60,051 bases of DNA from a virus (Duplodnaviria > Caudoviricetes). The translations under genes were made by a program, and so were the position numbers. Where the stretch lies: IMG/VR virus record IMGVR_UViG_3300046812_000237, positions 1 to 60,051 of that record; one strand, 5' to 3'. The notes beneath the pieces were generated by a model. That model worked only from the letters and a program-made list of their open reading frames with translations, ran no database searches and had not been told where the DNA came from. Shown in pieces: positions 29,985-39,603 of this stretch. Position 1 is the first letter of the stretch; the number at the start of each line of letters is the position of its first letter.

Positions 29985-31055
29985 TTATCCAGTGATCCCG
30001 TAGAGTTGGGCGTGGTAGCGTGGGTTCAGGGTGATGGCCGCAGCCGCGAGAACCTGCCCCGCGACCTTGGTGTTGCCCTGAGCCGGCTTCCAGCCGGTAA
30101 AGCCAAACGAGAACTTCGGCGACTTCGAGACGTAGAAGTTGAAGAACGGCTTGCGCGCGTTCATCCACCAGAGAGTTTCGGAGGTCACCGTCGGGTAAAC
30201 GACGACTGCTCCGTTGCTCATCTGCGTCAGGTAGGTCACCGCGTTGGGGTCACCGGTGCCCGAGATGTACGTCCCGGGCGCGTAGCGGGTGGCAATGAGC
30301 GTCGCAGAATTGAACTTCAGACCGTTGAAGCCGATCTTCGGATCCTGCGTGTCATTGAACCGCTGCTGCGTCTGGAACTTTTCCTTGATGTAGGCCAGGC
30401 CCTTGCGGGTGGTCACACCGAGGTTGGGCTCGATGTTGCCGAACGAGGCGTTGCCGTAGGTGTTTTCCAGAGTCGAGTACTGGATGGCACCGTTGACGTT
30501 TGTGGGGACGCTGTTCAGCGCCGAGCCTACCTGCCCACCGCGGGTGATTCCGCCGTAGGTCGCGTAGGTAGCGCCATCCCAGGAAGCCGTCGAATTGTCA
30601 TTCAAGGCCTCGGCGAGACCGTTGAAGTTGGGGGTGTAGCCTGCGGCCTGCCCGTTCAGGTAGATCGAGATGCCCATGAACGCGCCCATCGTCAGATAGG
30701 CGTTGGTCATGCGCGAATCCACCAGGCGGAAAGCCGCGAGCGGGCCGGTGTTCAACACTTCCATGTCTTCGAGGGAGAGCGTGACGTTCACCTCGTAGAA
30801 CTTCATGTTGAACTGGCAGCCCTGTTCGACCTGTTTTTCCGTGATGTCGAACTGCTTGCCCTTCAGATACGAACCGCCGACCATGCCGTCGTAGTAGAAG
30901 TTCTCTTGGATGAGAGAGCCTCCACCAAAGTCCTCGCGGGTGTTGACCTTGAAATAGGCCAGCGCCGGGTCGGCTTGGAAGATCGAGTCGACCAGTTGAG
31001 GACTCTCGCGGATGTAGCGGCGAGTAGATACGTTCAGTTGATCCAGTTCAGCCAC
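29985..31055 (-). CDS. major capsid protein
   Basis: 356 aa after scaffold; LVDSIF..GGSLIQE, YLNG..FNGL..YGGITR, GFNGLKF, HAQLYGITG. Confidence 0.85.
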   Translation of the reverse strand: MAELDQLNVSTRRYIRESPQLVDSIFQADPALAYFKVNTREDFGGGSLIQENFYYDGMVGGSYLKGKQFDITEKQVEQGCQFNMKFYEVNVTLSLEDMEVLNTGPLAAFRLVDSRMTNAYLTMGAFMGISIYLNGQAAGYTPNFNGLAEALNDNSTASWDGATYATYGGITRGGQVGSALNSVPTNVNGAIQYSTLENTYGNASFGNIEPNLGVTTRKGLAYIKEKFQTQQRFNDTQDPKIGFNGLKFNSATLIATRYAPGTYISGTGDPNAVTYLTQMSNGAVVVYPTVTSETLWWMNARKPFFNFYVSKSPKFSFGFTGWKPAQGNTKVAGQVLAAAAITLNPRYHAQLYGITG

Positions 31056-31089
31056 TTCGAAACCTCAAATTTGAGTTCGTGAGCGTTTC

Positions 31090-31845
31090 CTAGACGCCCG
31101 CGTTGGTGTTCCACGTATCCGCAAAGTTGCGCGCTCGTTGCCCCTCGGATAATGCAGCCGCTTGATCGCCCGCCGGCTTCTGCCAGAATGGAGAGGGTTC
31201 CGCCGCATCGGCCGGAGCCGAGTCGATCGGAAGGTTGCGCTTGGAGAGTTCCGCCGAGACGCCGGCTTTGATGCCGTCCTCGATGGATTTCTTCTGCGCT
31301 ATCTCCTGCTGTGCAGTCACCTTGGGTGCGATGACTTCCTTGTAGGCCGCGTCGATTGACAGGTTCTTTTCGAGGGCAAGTTTCTCAAGTGCATCGAGGT
31401 CCAGCGCCTCGCCGAAGCGAGAGCGATAGTCGTCCATAACGCGGACTGCGGCCTTGGTGATGTTCACACCAATCGCCGTGACCTTGTTACGTTCTGCCTC
31501 AAGTGCCTTGTCGAGTTGCGCCTGGGTCAAAGTAACCGTGCCATCGTTAGTCGGGGTTGCCCTTCGCGACGGATCGACGCCAGTCTTCGTCTCGAGTTCC
31601 TTGACGTAGGTGACGTTCGCGTCGTGCCACTTCTGCCACTTGTCGCGATTCTCTGCGAGAGCGGCAGCCTGGTTGCGGAGGTCGTCCATTGAGCGCGAGA
31701 ACTCAGACTGGCGGGTCACGCCGTCCTGAATCCCCTTTGCAAAATTCGGGTTGTCCAGAGCCTTCAACATCGTGTCTCGAACGCTTGCGTCGAGACCGGC
31801 CTGTTGAGCCAGCTCCGTTAAGTACGCTTTCGGGTCTACGGGCAT
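31090..31845 (-). CDS. capsid scaffolding protein
   Basis: Helical/coiled-coil, RQSEFSRSMD motif, directly upstream of the capsid gene. Confidence 0.7.
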   Translation of the reverse strand: MPVDPKAYLTELAQQAGLDASVRDTMLKALDNPNFAKGIQDGVTRQSEFSRSMDDLRNQAAALAENRDKWQKWHDANVTYVKELETKTGVDPSRRATPTNDGTVTLTQAQLDKALEAERNKVTAIGVNITKAAVRVMDDYRSRFGEALDLDALEKLALEKNLSIDAAYKEVIAPKVTAQQEIAQKKSIEDGIKAGVSAELSKRNLPIDSAPADAAEPSPFWQKPAGDQAAALSEGQRARNFADTWNTNAGV

Positions 31846-31908
31846 TGCTATTTCCTCCATCGGTGCCAGCCACCTACGCGCGAGCGTGCCAGTGACCTAC
31901 CGATTATT

Positions 31909-32307
31909 TTACTGCGGTGGTGCGCCCGGGGGTCCCGGAGGCGGTGCTGCGCCTGCAGGTGGTGCGCCTGCCGGTGCTCCTCCGCCGGTCATCCCCGAGT
32001 TCTGCTGCGACTGCCTCATCGCCTGAATCACGGCCTGCCGAATCATCGAAGAAATCTGCGCCGCGATCGGAACGAAGGTCGGTAACATCTGCGCCAGTTG
32101 CGCCGCGCCCGATTCAACTAACTGGGCCTGCTGCGCGACCAGCGTTAAAAACTGAGCGCCTGGCGGCACTCCCTGCGGAGTGCTCTGCGGATTGTCCGCG
32201 AGCCCGGTATAGTCCGGAGTCTTCATTCCCGGCGGAGGCGGAGGCGGAGCATCTAGCCCCGGATTCGTTCCTTCGGACGGACTTGCCGGACCCATGCTTA
32301 TCGCCAT
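31909..32307 (-). CDS. Pro/Gln-rich hypothetical protein
   Basis: Operon position, central amphipathic helix. Confidence 0.55.
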   Translation of the reverse strand: MAISMGPASPSEGTNPGLDAPPPPPPGMKTPDYTGLADNPQSTPQGVPPGAQFLTLVAQQAQLVESGAAQLAQMLPTFVPIAAQISSMIRQAVIQAMRQSQQNSGMTGGGAPAGAPPAGAAPPPGPPGAPPQ

Positions 32308-32313
32308 CTGCCG

Positions 32314-32418
32314 TTAGCCCTTCTTGGTGGCGCCGGCCTTGCCCATCGGCGCGGTCGCGGGGGTCTTCACCATCCCCATCTTTCCGCCGCCCTTGGTCAT
32401 TCCGCCTTTTTTCTTCAT
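32314..32418 (-). CDS. 34-aa Lys/Gly/Met-rich peptide (below the ORF-track cutoff)
   Basis: GGAGG RBS; MKKKGGMTKGGGKMGMVKTPATAPMGKAGATKKG. Confidence 0.6.
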   Translation of the reverse strand: MKKKGGMTKGGGKMGMVKTPATAPMGKAGATKKG

Positions 32419-32435
32419 TACGTCCTCCGTGTGGT

Positions 32436-32618
32436 TTATGAAGACTTCGCGGGCGAAACAGACGCCCCGAGCTTCCGAGCCTTCGAAAGTAAAATAGCCC
32501 GCTTCTGTTTCAGCGCGCGCGCCGGGCCGAACTTCCTCCGGGTGCTCGCCAGAATCGAGGGCGGATTATCCTTCAACTCTTTTCCCACGCCTTCGAGGAT
32601 CGACTTGCTATCAGCCAC
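32436..32618 (-). CDS. small basic protein
   Basis: QKRAILLSKARKLGA. Confidence 0.6.
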   Translation of the reverse strand: MADSKSILEGVGKELKDNPPSILASTRRKFGPARALKQKRAILLSKARKLGASVSPAKSS

Positions 32619-32808
32619 GTTTGGCGACCTTTTCCGCTGCCAGCGCGAACCGTGCCTTCTTGCCGATCTTCCCGGATTTACCGGCGTCCTTGTGGGCCAG
32701 AGCTGAGACAGACATGCCGCGCTTTTTAGCCATGCGGGTGAATGAGCCTTTGGTGCCCTTCTTTTCCATCCGCTCGCTGGCTTCCTGCATCCACTTTTCT
32801 GCAGCCAT
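32611..32808 (-). CDS. small basic protein
   Basis: KWMQ..KGSF..GKIGKKARFA; GAAGGTGA RBS. Confidence 0.65.
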   Translation of the reverse strand: MAAEKWMQEASERMEKKGTKGSFTRMAKKRGMSVSALAHKDAGKSGKIGKKARFALAAEKVAKRG

Positions 32809-32877
32809 GAATCACCTTCCGCAGTGAGTGAACCACAAATGGCAGTGGCACATGCAACTCCATTCGTTCAATGGTTC

Positions 32878-34104
32878 TCACGGAACTACGGCAGTCGCGT
32901 TCGCGGTTTGTCCGTTTGGTCCCGTCGCGCTTACCGGGAAGCGTGTTCCCGTGGGATTGTTGGTCTGCGTGATCGTGCAAACGAGGTTGCTGCAGGTCAT
33001 CGACATCGTAGCCAGGGGCGCGGTGATCGTGACGACGGCGCTCCCGGACTTGGTTGGGTCTGCGACGCTGGTAGCCTTGGCAGAGAAGGCTGTCCCTGGT
33101 GTCGTGCCTGCCTTGTAGAGGCCCGTAGTGTCGATCGTTCCGCCGGTTGCCGTCCACGTCACGGCCGTATTCATCGTTCCACCTACTGTAGCGGTGAATT
33201 GCTGAATCGCGTTTTCGGCCAGCGTCGTCGTCGCAGGAGAAACTGTGACGGTGACGGGCTGCGTGCCGGTCGGCAGGAAATTCACGTCTACCCAGTAATT
33301 CGCGGTGGGCGAGGAAAGTTTGGTCGGATACGCGGAGGTCGAGCCATAGGCATACACGCCCGCGCTTACAGGTGCGCTGAGAGGCCCCACCACAAGTGGC
33401 GTCGTGAACGCTGGCTCGTTCCAGGCATACTGCGCCGTGTGGATGCTGGCGGTGTAGACCATGCCCGGCGTGATGATGATGGGCGAGGGGAAGGTGAACG
33501 TCTGCCAGCCAGATACCGTCTCGTTCGTGAACGTGCCGTTGCCAAGGCTATTTCCATTCGGGTTCCAGAGATGCGCGGTGTGCGGGCCGGTGGCGTTGGT
33601 CGCCTTGAAGAACTTGATGCCGACGATCTCACCAGGCACCGAGGTGGAGAACTTGATCCCGAGTTCGACCGAGTTGCCATCGTTGCCGGTCACATTCGCC
33701 GGTAGCTGCGTGTTGGGCCAGAAACTAAGCGTGCTGCCGCCGCCGCCCGTGCTGCCTCCGGGAATCGTCGCAGACACTTCCACCGAATTAGCCGACTCAT
33801 TCCCGAGCGAATCTATCGCCGTGATGACGTAGTAATAGACCTGCCCCGCCGCGATCGAAGTGTCGAGATAGGACAGCGTCGTGATGACCGACGTGTTGAG
33901 CGTAACGTAGGGTCCGCCGCTGGTATTGCTGCGCTTGGCGTTATAGCTGACGACGTTCGGCGTGACCGAAGCAAGCCAGGTCAGCGAGACTGAGTGCGTG
34001 GTGACTTGTGCTGCCGGTGCGCCGGGCGGGGTCGTGGCCGCAGCACGCGCAGCGAATGGAACAAGAAGCAGTGTCAGGAGCGCCAGTTTTAGAGTGTGCG
34101 ACAT
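32878..34104 (-). CDS. exported protein: signal peptide + FN3-like + DUF4082-like + Ig-like domains
   Basis: KLALLTLLLVPFAARA; HSVSLTW..YYYVITAID..ES; SVELGIKF..GIKFFK..HLW..GWQ..NYWVDV; VTVSP..QQFTATV..VTW. Confidence 0.8.
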   Translation of the reverse strand: MSHTLKLALLTLLLVPFAARAAATTPPGAPAAQVTTHSVSLTWLASVTPNVVSYNAKRSNTSGGPYVTLNTSVITTLSYLDTSIAAGQVYYYVITAIDSLGNESANSVEVSATIPGGSTGGGGSTLSFWPNTQLPANVTGNDGNSVELGIKFSTSVPGEIVGIKFFKATNATGPHTAHLWNPNGNSLGNGTFTNETVSGWQTFTFPSPIIITPGMVYTASIHTAQYAWNEPAFTTPLVVGPLSAPVSAGVYAYGSTSAYPTKLSSPTANYWVDVNFLPTGTQPVTVTVSPATTTLAENAIQQFTATVGGTMNTAVTWTATGGTIDTTGLYKAGTTPGTAFSAKATSVADPTKSGSAVVTITAPLATMSMTCSNLVCTITQTNNPTGTRFPVSATGPNGQTANATAVVP

Positions 34105-34430
34105 ATTCTTATGAGGTCCTTCCTCGTGCCGCCTGCGATTCCGAGCCGTCTGAGCAATTCTCCGACGTGAAACTTGGCCGTGCGCTCGGTGATGTTCAGA
34201 GCCGTGCCAATCTCTTTATTCGACATCTCTTGCAGTATCAGATTCAGCACTTCCCGCTCACGTACTGTAAGGTACACGTCTATGGGAGACGCGGTGCGCT
34301 CATCAATCTCGCGCTGAATTGCCATGATCTGCGCAGGCAGCTCCACCAGTTGCCTGTGACGCAGCGCATCCCGCTGGACAATAAGGTCGTCCAGGCTGCG
34401 GCGTGCCGGATTTAAGATCGTAACGCTCAT
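34089..34430 (-). CDS. LuxR/GerE-type HTH regulator without a receiver or ligand domain
   Basis: LTVREREVLNLILQEMSNKEIGTALNITERTAKFHVGELLRRLG. Confidence 0.9.
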   Translation of the reverse strand: MSVTILNPARRSLDDLIVQRDALRHRQLVELPAQIMAIQREIDERTASPIDVYLTVREREVLNLILQEMSNKEIGTALNITERTAKFHVGELLRRLGIAGGTRKDLIRICRTL

Positions 34431-35740
34431 GGCCCGGTGATGAAGTTCCCTAGCTGCCCGCCTGCCGTGGTGATGCCCTTGAACGAGGCGACGCTGATTC
34501 CCCAGTTGACTGTGCCGCCCGTTGAAGCCGAAACAGTTTGTGCTCCAGACGGTGCGTTCGCGCGAAACTCCTGCATCGGATTGCCTGATGCGTAACTCGG
34601 CGTGGCGACGTAGTTGGTGCCGACGGTGAGTAGCGGGCCGGTGTTGGTGATAGCGATGGCGGCGTTAAAGTTTCCAGCCAGTGCTGGCGAGAACGATGCA
34701 CTCGTGACGCTGGTAGCGCCGGTGGCCGTGCCGATTTTGCCCGTCTCACAGGCTCCTAATTGCACGCCAGAGACCTCCAGCACAACGACACGGTTGAAGC
34801 TGCCGCCGGAACCAAACGTGACCGTAGTGACATCAGTAGCGTTCGTGTTCGTGTTGCCAGTTGTCTCCCATATTTCTGTTGCAAACTGTGTGTTCTGCCG
34901 TGAGCCGGAGCACTGCGCCCAGGTGTCGCCAGCGGTGTTGGCGATGCCCGTGACAGAGATACCTGTGCCACTAATGTCAGTCATGGCCACAAGTTTGTGT
35001 CCGGCAGCGTGAGAAGCCGCAGCGGAGGCTACAGTGGTTGCGGTCGTGCCCGAGCCAGTGACTTCATCTATCAGGCATGCCCCAGTCTGGCAAGTGCGAA
35101 TCTCTAGAACCGCCGTGTTCCACGGGGCACTGGCGTTGACGCCCACGGTTTGCGTGGTGAATGCGCTCACAGGGGCATTGGTGTCGGCGCAGGAAACACT
35201 GTTTCCGGTGACACTCGTAACCGTGGTCATCCCGGTCGGTGCTTGATTCACGTTCGTCGCGGTGTTGCTGCCGCCGCAGCCGATGACCCAGGAGGTAGCG
35301 TTTGTGTTCGTGAGCGTGATGCCTGCGTAGGAAAGCGTCGCGTTGTTCACGTTGTCGGTGACGGTCGCGCCACCCACGCTGACCGATTGGCAGGTGAGTC
35401 CTTGGTTCACGCCGCGATAGACAAGAATGATCGTCCCGCTGGCGTTGGTAAATCCGGTGCCCGTCTCGGAGGATGTCTGTGCGATCTTGCACGCCACACG
35501 GGCAGACTCACTGGAACCCGTCGCGCCGGAAATACTTACCCATCCCGCTGGAAGGTTAGGCGCGGTAGAGTTGCCACTGCGGTAGGCGTAGGCAACAAAC
35601 AGATCCCCGGCGACGTGAGCTGGTGGCGTGCATCCGGTGCTGGCCGCCTGGCATGAACCCACGCGCGTAATTGCCGTGATGGCCTGTGCCGGACGAGCCA
35701 GCAACAGAAGTGGCAGAAGTAGGAGTAGCAACTTTCGCAC
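34427..35740 (-). CDS. exported Thr/Ser/Gly-rich two-domain beta protein (putative receptor-binding or decoration protein)
   Basis: MRKLLLLLLPLLLLARPAQA signal peptide; 10 Cys. Confidence 0.65.
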   Translation of the reverse strand: MRKLLLLLLPLLLLARPAQAITAITRVGSCQAASTGCTPPAHVAGDLFVAYAYRSGNSTAPNLPAGWVSISGATGSSESARVACKIAQTSSETGTGFTNASGTIILVYRGVNQGLTCQSVSVGGATVTDNVNNATLSYAGITLTNTNATSWVIGCGGSNTATNVNQAPTGMTTVTSVTGNSVSCADTNAPVSAFTTQTVGVNASAPWNTAVLEIRTCQTGACLIDEVTGSGTTATTVASAAASHAAGHKLVAMTDISGTGISVTGIANTAGDTWAQCSGSRQNTQFATEIWETTGNTNTNATDVTTVTFGSGGSFNRVVVLEVSGVQLGACETGKIGTATGATSVTSASFSPALAGNFNAAIAITNTGPLLTVGTNYVATPSYASGNPMQEFRANAPSGAQTVSASTGGTVNWGISVASFKGITTAGGQLGNFITGP

Positions 35741-36168
35741 TAGCGTGTCACCCGGAAATTCAGTGTGACCGTACCTCCAGGAGTGATGTCAGCCCCGGTG
35801 CGGTTGCAAACTTTCACGTTTACCGTGTCAGCGGTCGGATAGGGAACCAGAAGAAGTCCTCCCGTGGTGGCTCCGGTATAGCCGGTCACGCCTGTCGGGT
35901 CTGCGTTGATAGTTAACTGAATCGTGTCCGTGGTGAGCAGGCCGGTTGCCGCTGCGGTTTGAGCCGTGCCACAGGTGCCGGAGGTCACGGCGGTCGTGTT
36001 GAGCGCGAGCGTGCCGCTGGCCACCGTCTTGGTCGCAGTGTAGTAGACCCGGCCCACGGTGGTGTCTTGGACCTGCGCATGCTGGACGGCAAGGTACGGT
36101 CCAGTTAGCAGCAAAGCAGCGACCGAAATGTAGAAGACAACTTTGGCAATTCTATCGAGTCTTCGCAT
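35740..36168 (-). CDS. exported or membrane-anchored beta protein
   Basis: Basic N-terminus plus hydrophobic stretch; fibre-tip-like C-terminus; 2 Cys. Confidence 0.6.
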   Translation of the reverse strand: MRRLDRIAKVVFYISVAALLLTGPYLAVQHAQVQDTTVGRVYYTATKTVASGTLALNTTAVTSGTCGTAQTAAATGLLTTDTIQLTINADPTGVTGYTGATTGGLLLVPYPTADTVNVKVCNRTGADITPGGTVTLNFRVTR

Positions 36169-36170
36169 GG

Positions 36171-37115
36171 TCAGCTCCTCTGGAAGCCGATGCAGGAAAA
36201 TGTGTACGTCTTGCCCGTAGTCGGTGTCCCGTGCCAGGTCATCGCGAGCGTGGTCTGCGCGGGAGTGTTGTCTATATCCGATCTGATGTCGTTCCCGCCG
36301 GTCTGCGAGCAGACGTAAATCGGAGTCGATGCTCCTCCGGTGTCAAAGTCACCGTCCGCGTAGGTGTAGGTGATCGTCGGGTTAGCCGCGATACCCGTGC
36401 CGCCGGTTGTGATCGTGAAGATGAAAGCGTTGTCGCTGCCGCCGATCGTGCCTGCCGCCGCTGTGCTGCCCCATCCCGCGCCGAGGGCAAACGACATGGA
36501 AGTCGGCGACGTAGTGTAGTCTGCGCTGAAGTTCAACCGGCCGAGTTCCATGGCCCGGCTTCCGGAGTTGATGTTGAACCCGGTCTGTTTGGCGCTGTGC
36601 GTCGTTATCATCCCGCTGTTGCCGCTGCCCGGCGCAAAGGCAAACGTCGTTGTATCGGTGGTGTCCGTCGCATTGCAGTACACGCCACCGTCGTTCTCGT
36701 TCGCGCAGTTCCAGTTATTACCCATGGGTGCGGCGGTATTTGTTCCACCCATGAAACCAGTGAACGTATTGGTCTGGGTAAAGTAAATATCGCAAGGGTC
36801 TCCGCTGCCGTCGCAGTTCGCGATGTTGGACGAGGTCTGATTCACACCGCCGAAGCTGCCGGTGTTGTTGAACTGAAGTTGGGTGGGAGACCCTCCCGGT
36901 AGCGCACCGCCGCCGGCGCTGCCCACCTTCACCCAGACGCCAGCCACGCAGTCGTACAGGTCGCCAGTAGCGGAGTTGATGCCAAAGGAAAATGGAGCAC
37001 AGGCGCCGGTAGGCGCACCTGTGAAGCGAATCGTCGTGGTGTTGCCGTTCTGCGCGCTGGCCGTGACGGCGCCGAAACTCAACAGGAGCAGAAGCGCTAA
37101 CAGTGCTTTTTTCAT
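36171..37115 (-). CDS. tail-fibre-like protein with signal peptide
   Basis: GAGG RBS; MKKALLALLLLLSFGAVTASA|Q; PGGSPTQLQFNNTGSFGG fibre-type motif; 8 Cys. Confidence 0.7.
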   Translation of the reverse strand: MKKALLALLLLLSFGAVTASAQNGNTTTIRFTGAPTGACAPFSFGINSATGDLYDCVAGVWVKVGSAGGGALPGGSPTQLQFNNTGSFGGVNQTSSNIANCDGSGDPCDIYFTQTNTFTGFMGGTNTAAPMGNNWNCANENDGGVYCNATDTTDTTTFAFAPGSGNSGMITTHSAKQTGFNINSGSRAMELGRLNFSADYTTSPTSMSFALGAGWGSTAAAGTIGGSDNAFIFTITTGGTGIAANPTITYTYADGDFDTGGASTPIYVCSQTGGNDIRSDIDNTPAQTTLAMTWHGTPTTGKTYTFSCIGFQRS

Positions 37116-37117
37116 GG

Positions 37118-37438
37118 CTACCTCGTGGTGATCGTTGCGCCGACCAGCGTTGGTCCTGCAGCGCTGGCCACCAGATAGATTTGCCTGAGCAGGAGCAGGT
37201 TTCCGGTTACTGGCGGAATCGTGACAAACTGCGCGGCTTGTAGCTTTATGCCCCAATGCGACGAGTCGACGTCGCTGTTCCCAATGTAGACGACGACAGC
37301 CATGCCGTCCGGATCCTCCTGTAACTCGACCGACTCGGCATGGTCCTCGATGTCCGTGTCGATCGCGTGCAGGAGGGAGTACAAAGACTGCGCGACGTTG
37401 GTAACGCTTACCGCCAGCATGCGTGGCGTGGCTCTCAT
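37118..37438 (-). CDS. small beta-rich virion-associated protein
   Basis: VYIGNSDV..GIKL..LRQIY. Confidence 0.5.
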   Translation of the reverse strand: MRATPRMLAVSVTNVAQSLYSLLHAIDTDIEDHAESVELQEDPDGMAVVVYIGNSDVDSSHWGIKLQAAQFVTIPPVTGNLLLLRQIYLVASAAGPTLVGATITTR

Positions 37439-37731
37439 TGTGGTGTTCTCCCCTCGTCCGCCAGGGCTCCCGGCGGTATGGCAATTCGTGACTGCTGCTC
37501 CGCGCGCGCTTGCTGCTGCTGCGCGTTGAACGTATCCCGCGCCATCTCGAGAATCCCGTAAAACAGCATGGGATCCCGCGGCCCGGCCATCTGCAATTCC
37601 CCGCTGGCCACGTTGTAGACGATGTGCAGCTCGACCGAGGCCTGCTTTTGGTCGACAGTGCCCTTGGCCCGCGCGAGGATGCTCTGCAAGTCGGCGGGCA
37701 GTCCCCCGTTTACTTTTGTGGGATCGACCAT
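37435..37731 (-). CDS. hypothetical protein
   Basis: Directly after the portal stop; AGGAG RBS. Confidence 0.55.
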   Translation of the reverse strand: MVDPTKVNGGLPADLQSILARAKGTVDQKQASVELHIVYNVASGELQMAGPRDPMLFYGILEMARDTFNAQQQQARAEQQSRIAIPPGALADEGRTPQ

Positions 37732-39603
37732 TTAAGACTCCTGTATTCCGCCGGCCGAGGTCATCGAGGGCATCTCCTGCCCGGAGGCCTTGCGGCCCGC
37801 TGGCGATACGGCCATGCCGAGGCCCATGCTCTGCTGCGCCTTGAGCCGGTCAGTGATGGTCTTGGCTTCTGACGGAGGATTGCCGACGTTGGGCACGCCG
37901 AGTTTGTCGAGCAGCGTCCAGATGTCCAGCCAGCCGGCGCGCGCCAGTTGCACATAGAGTAACTTGGTCGTTATTTCCGAGGCCGCAAGGAGGGAGCCCG
38001 GAGCCACGTGGTAGGTGAACTGCCGCAGAAACTCACGCGCGCGTTCATACCGCGGGCGTATAAAGCCCCGGGCCTCATCGTCGGCAGTTACAAAGTCGGG
38101 GATCATGGTGCCGGGGTCGTAGTCGAAGTCCTCGAAGGTCATTCCGTCGGGACCGAGGGCGGCGACGCGCTTGCCCGTGTCGTAGAACTGGAAGAAGTTC
38201 GAAAGCAGCATGGTGGCGAACTCGCGGATAAAGGCCTCGAGCACGCGCGAGCGCAGCCGGATCGACGGGCTCATCGACTCGACAATCTTCTCGACCGTCT
38301 CCGAGGTCGGTATCTGCCCGAGCTTCATCATCTGCGTCAGGTCGCGGGTGCCGGCGAGGATGTCCATTTCGTCGCGCAGGTCCTTGATCGACTCGACCAC
38401 CGAGACGTCCATTGTCTGCGTCTGGCCGACCGTCGCCTGCCGCCCGGGCAGTGTCCGCAGCTTCAGGCCGGCGCGCCGGGTGTCGATCGTATCCATCGCC
38501 GACCGCGGCATGGAATTGTTCTCGGCGATGAGGTCAGGGCGGAAAACCTTCTGGTTGTGGTCAGCCACGCCGCGCACGAGCCGATTGAGTTCCTTCTGCA
38601 GCGGCAGGGCGTCGAGCAGGAGCGGCTTGCCGAGGTAGGACCATGGCCACGGGTCCAGCGTCAGTTTCGACATCGGGAACATGCCGTGCCAGTAGATATT
38701 CGGGCCGTCACGCAGAACGGCGGTGCGCGTGAACACGATAGCCCGTCCACGCGGGTAGAGGGCTTCCCCGGGCTTCACCCAGTACGACCAGTTGGGATGG
38801 GCGTCCGGCGTGCCCTCTCCGACCCACACCGCGCGGCTCGATTTGTTGATGCTCTTGTCCTTCACGTAAATCTGAAACAGGTCCGCAGCGGGCACGTTGA
38901 TCGACTCCGCCGGTTTCGAGCCAATCGAGTCCCAGAACGGGCTCGAGGACATATTCAGCTTGGCCATGACCGTCTGGATCTTGTTGCGGGCCTTGGCCAC
39001 AAAGGAAGCGTCCCGGTCGGCCTTGATCCGGTCGGCCGCTTTCGGGTACTTCGCTTTCAGGTAGTTCACCGTGCGCTCGCGCCGGACCATCATGCCGAAA
39101 GCGTCCTGGCAGGAGATGTAGCTCGAGGGCCGGATGGGGAAACAGTCCTGCGGATTCTCAGCGATGAGGTCGATGTCCTCGATCTCCTCGTTCCACACCT
39201 GGTGCGCGTAGCCCGTGCCTCCGGGGACGTTCCAGCGGATGACGTCGGCAAACTTGAGGTCGATGTTGTTCTTCATGTACCAGCCGCTCGACAGTTTGCC
39301 GGCCATGTCCGCCTGCTGGTCAAAGCGCTTGTTGAAGGTGCGGTAGTCCCAGAACGGCTTGATGTCGGTGAGCGCGGCGACTAGGTCCGAGGCGATCTTG
39401 CCGAGGCGGTTGTCGACGAGGTCTGACAGGGCGGTCTGAGCGACGTCGGAACTGTAGTCGCCCATGATATTCGAGATAGTCTCCTGGATGCGGCTAAAGC
39501 CCTGCTGCGAGCGAAGGAAGTTCTCGCCCTCCTGCAGTGCTTCGGTCGCCCATCCAAGAACTGCGCTCAGATGTTGCTCGTCCGGGGGTGTCGGTTCAGC
39601 CAT
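37732..39603 (-). CDS. portal protein
   Basis: 623 aa between terminase and head genes; VLRDGPNIYWHG..FP..PWPW..G..L..LQKELN. Confidence 0.8.
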   Translation of the reverse strand: MAEPTPPDEQHLSAVLGWATEALQEGENFLRSQQGFSRIQETISNIMGDYSSDVAQTALSDLVDNRLGKIASDLVAALTDIKPFWDYRTFNKRFDQQADMAGKLSSGWYMKNNIDLKFADVIRWNVPGGTGYAHQVWNEEIEDIDLIAENPQDCFPIRPSSYISCQDAFGMMVRRERTVNYLKAKYPKAADRIKADRDASFVAKARNKIQTVMAKLNMSSSPFWDSIGSKPAESINVPAADLFQIYVKDKSINKSSRAVWVGEGTPDAHPNWSYWVKPGEALYPRGRAIVFTRTAVLRDGPNIYWHGMFPMSKLTLDPWPWSYLGKPLLLDALPLQKELNRLVRGVADHNQKVFRPDLIAENNSMPRSAMDTIDTRRAGLKLRTLPGRQATVGQTQTMDVSVVESIKDLRDEMDILAGTRDLTQMMKLGQIPTSETVEKIVESMSPSIRLRSRVLEAFIREFATMLLSNFFQFYDTGKRVAALGPDGMTFEDFDYDPGTMIPDFVTADDEARGFIRPRYERAREFLRQFTYHVAPGSLLAASEITTKLLYVQLARAGWLDIWTLLDKLGVPNVGNPPSEAKTITDRLKAQQSMGLGMAVSPAGRKASGQEMPSMTSAGGIQES

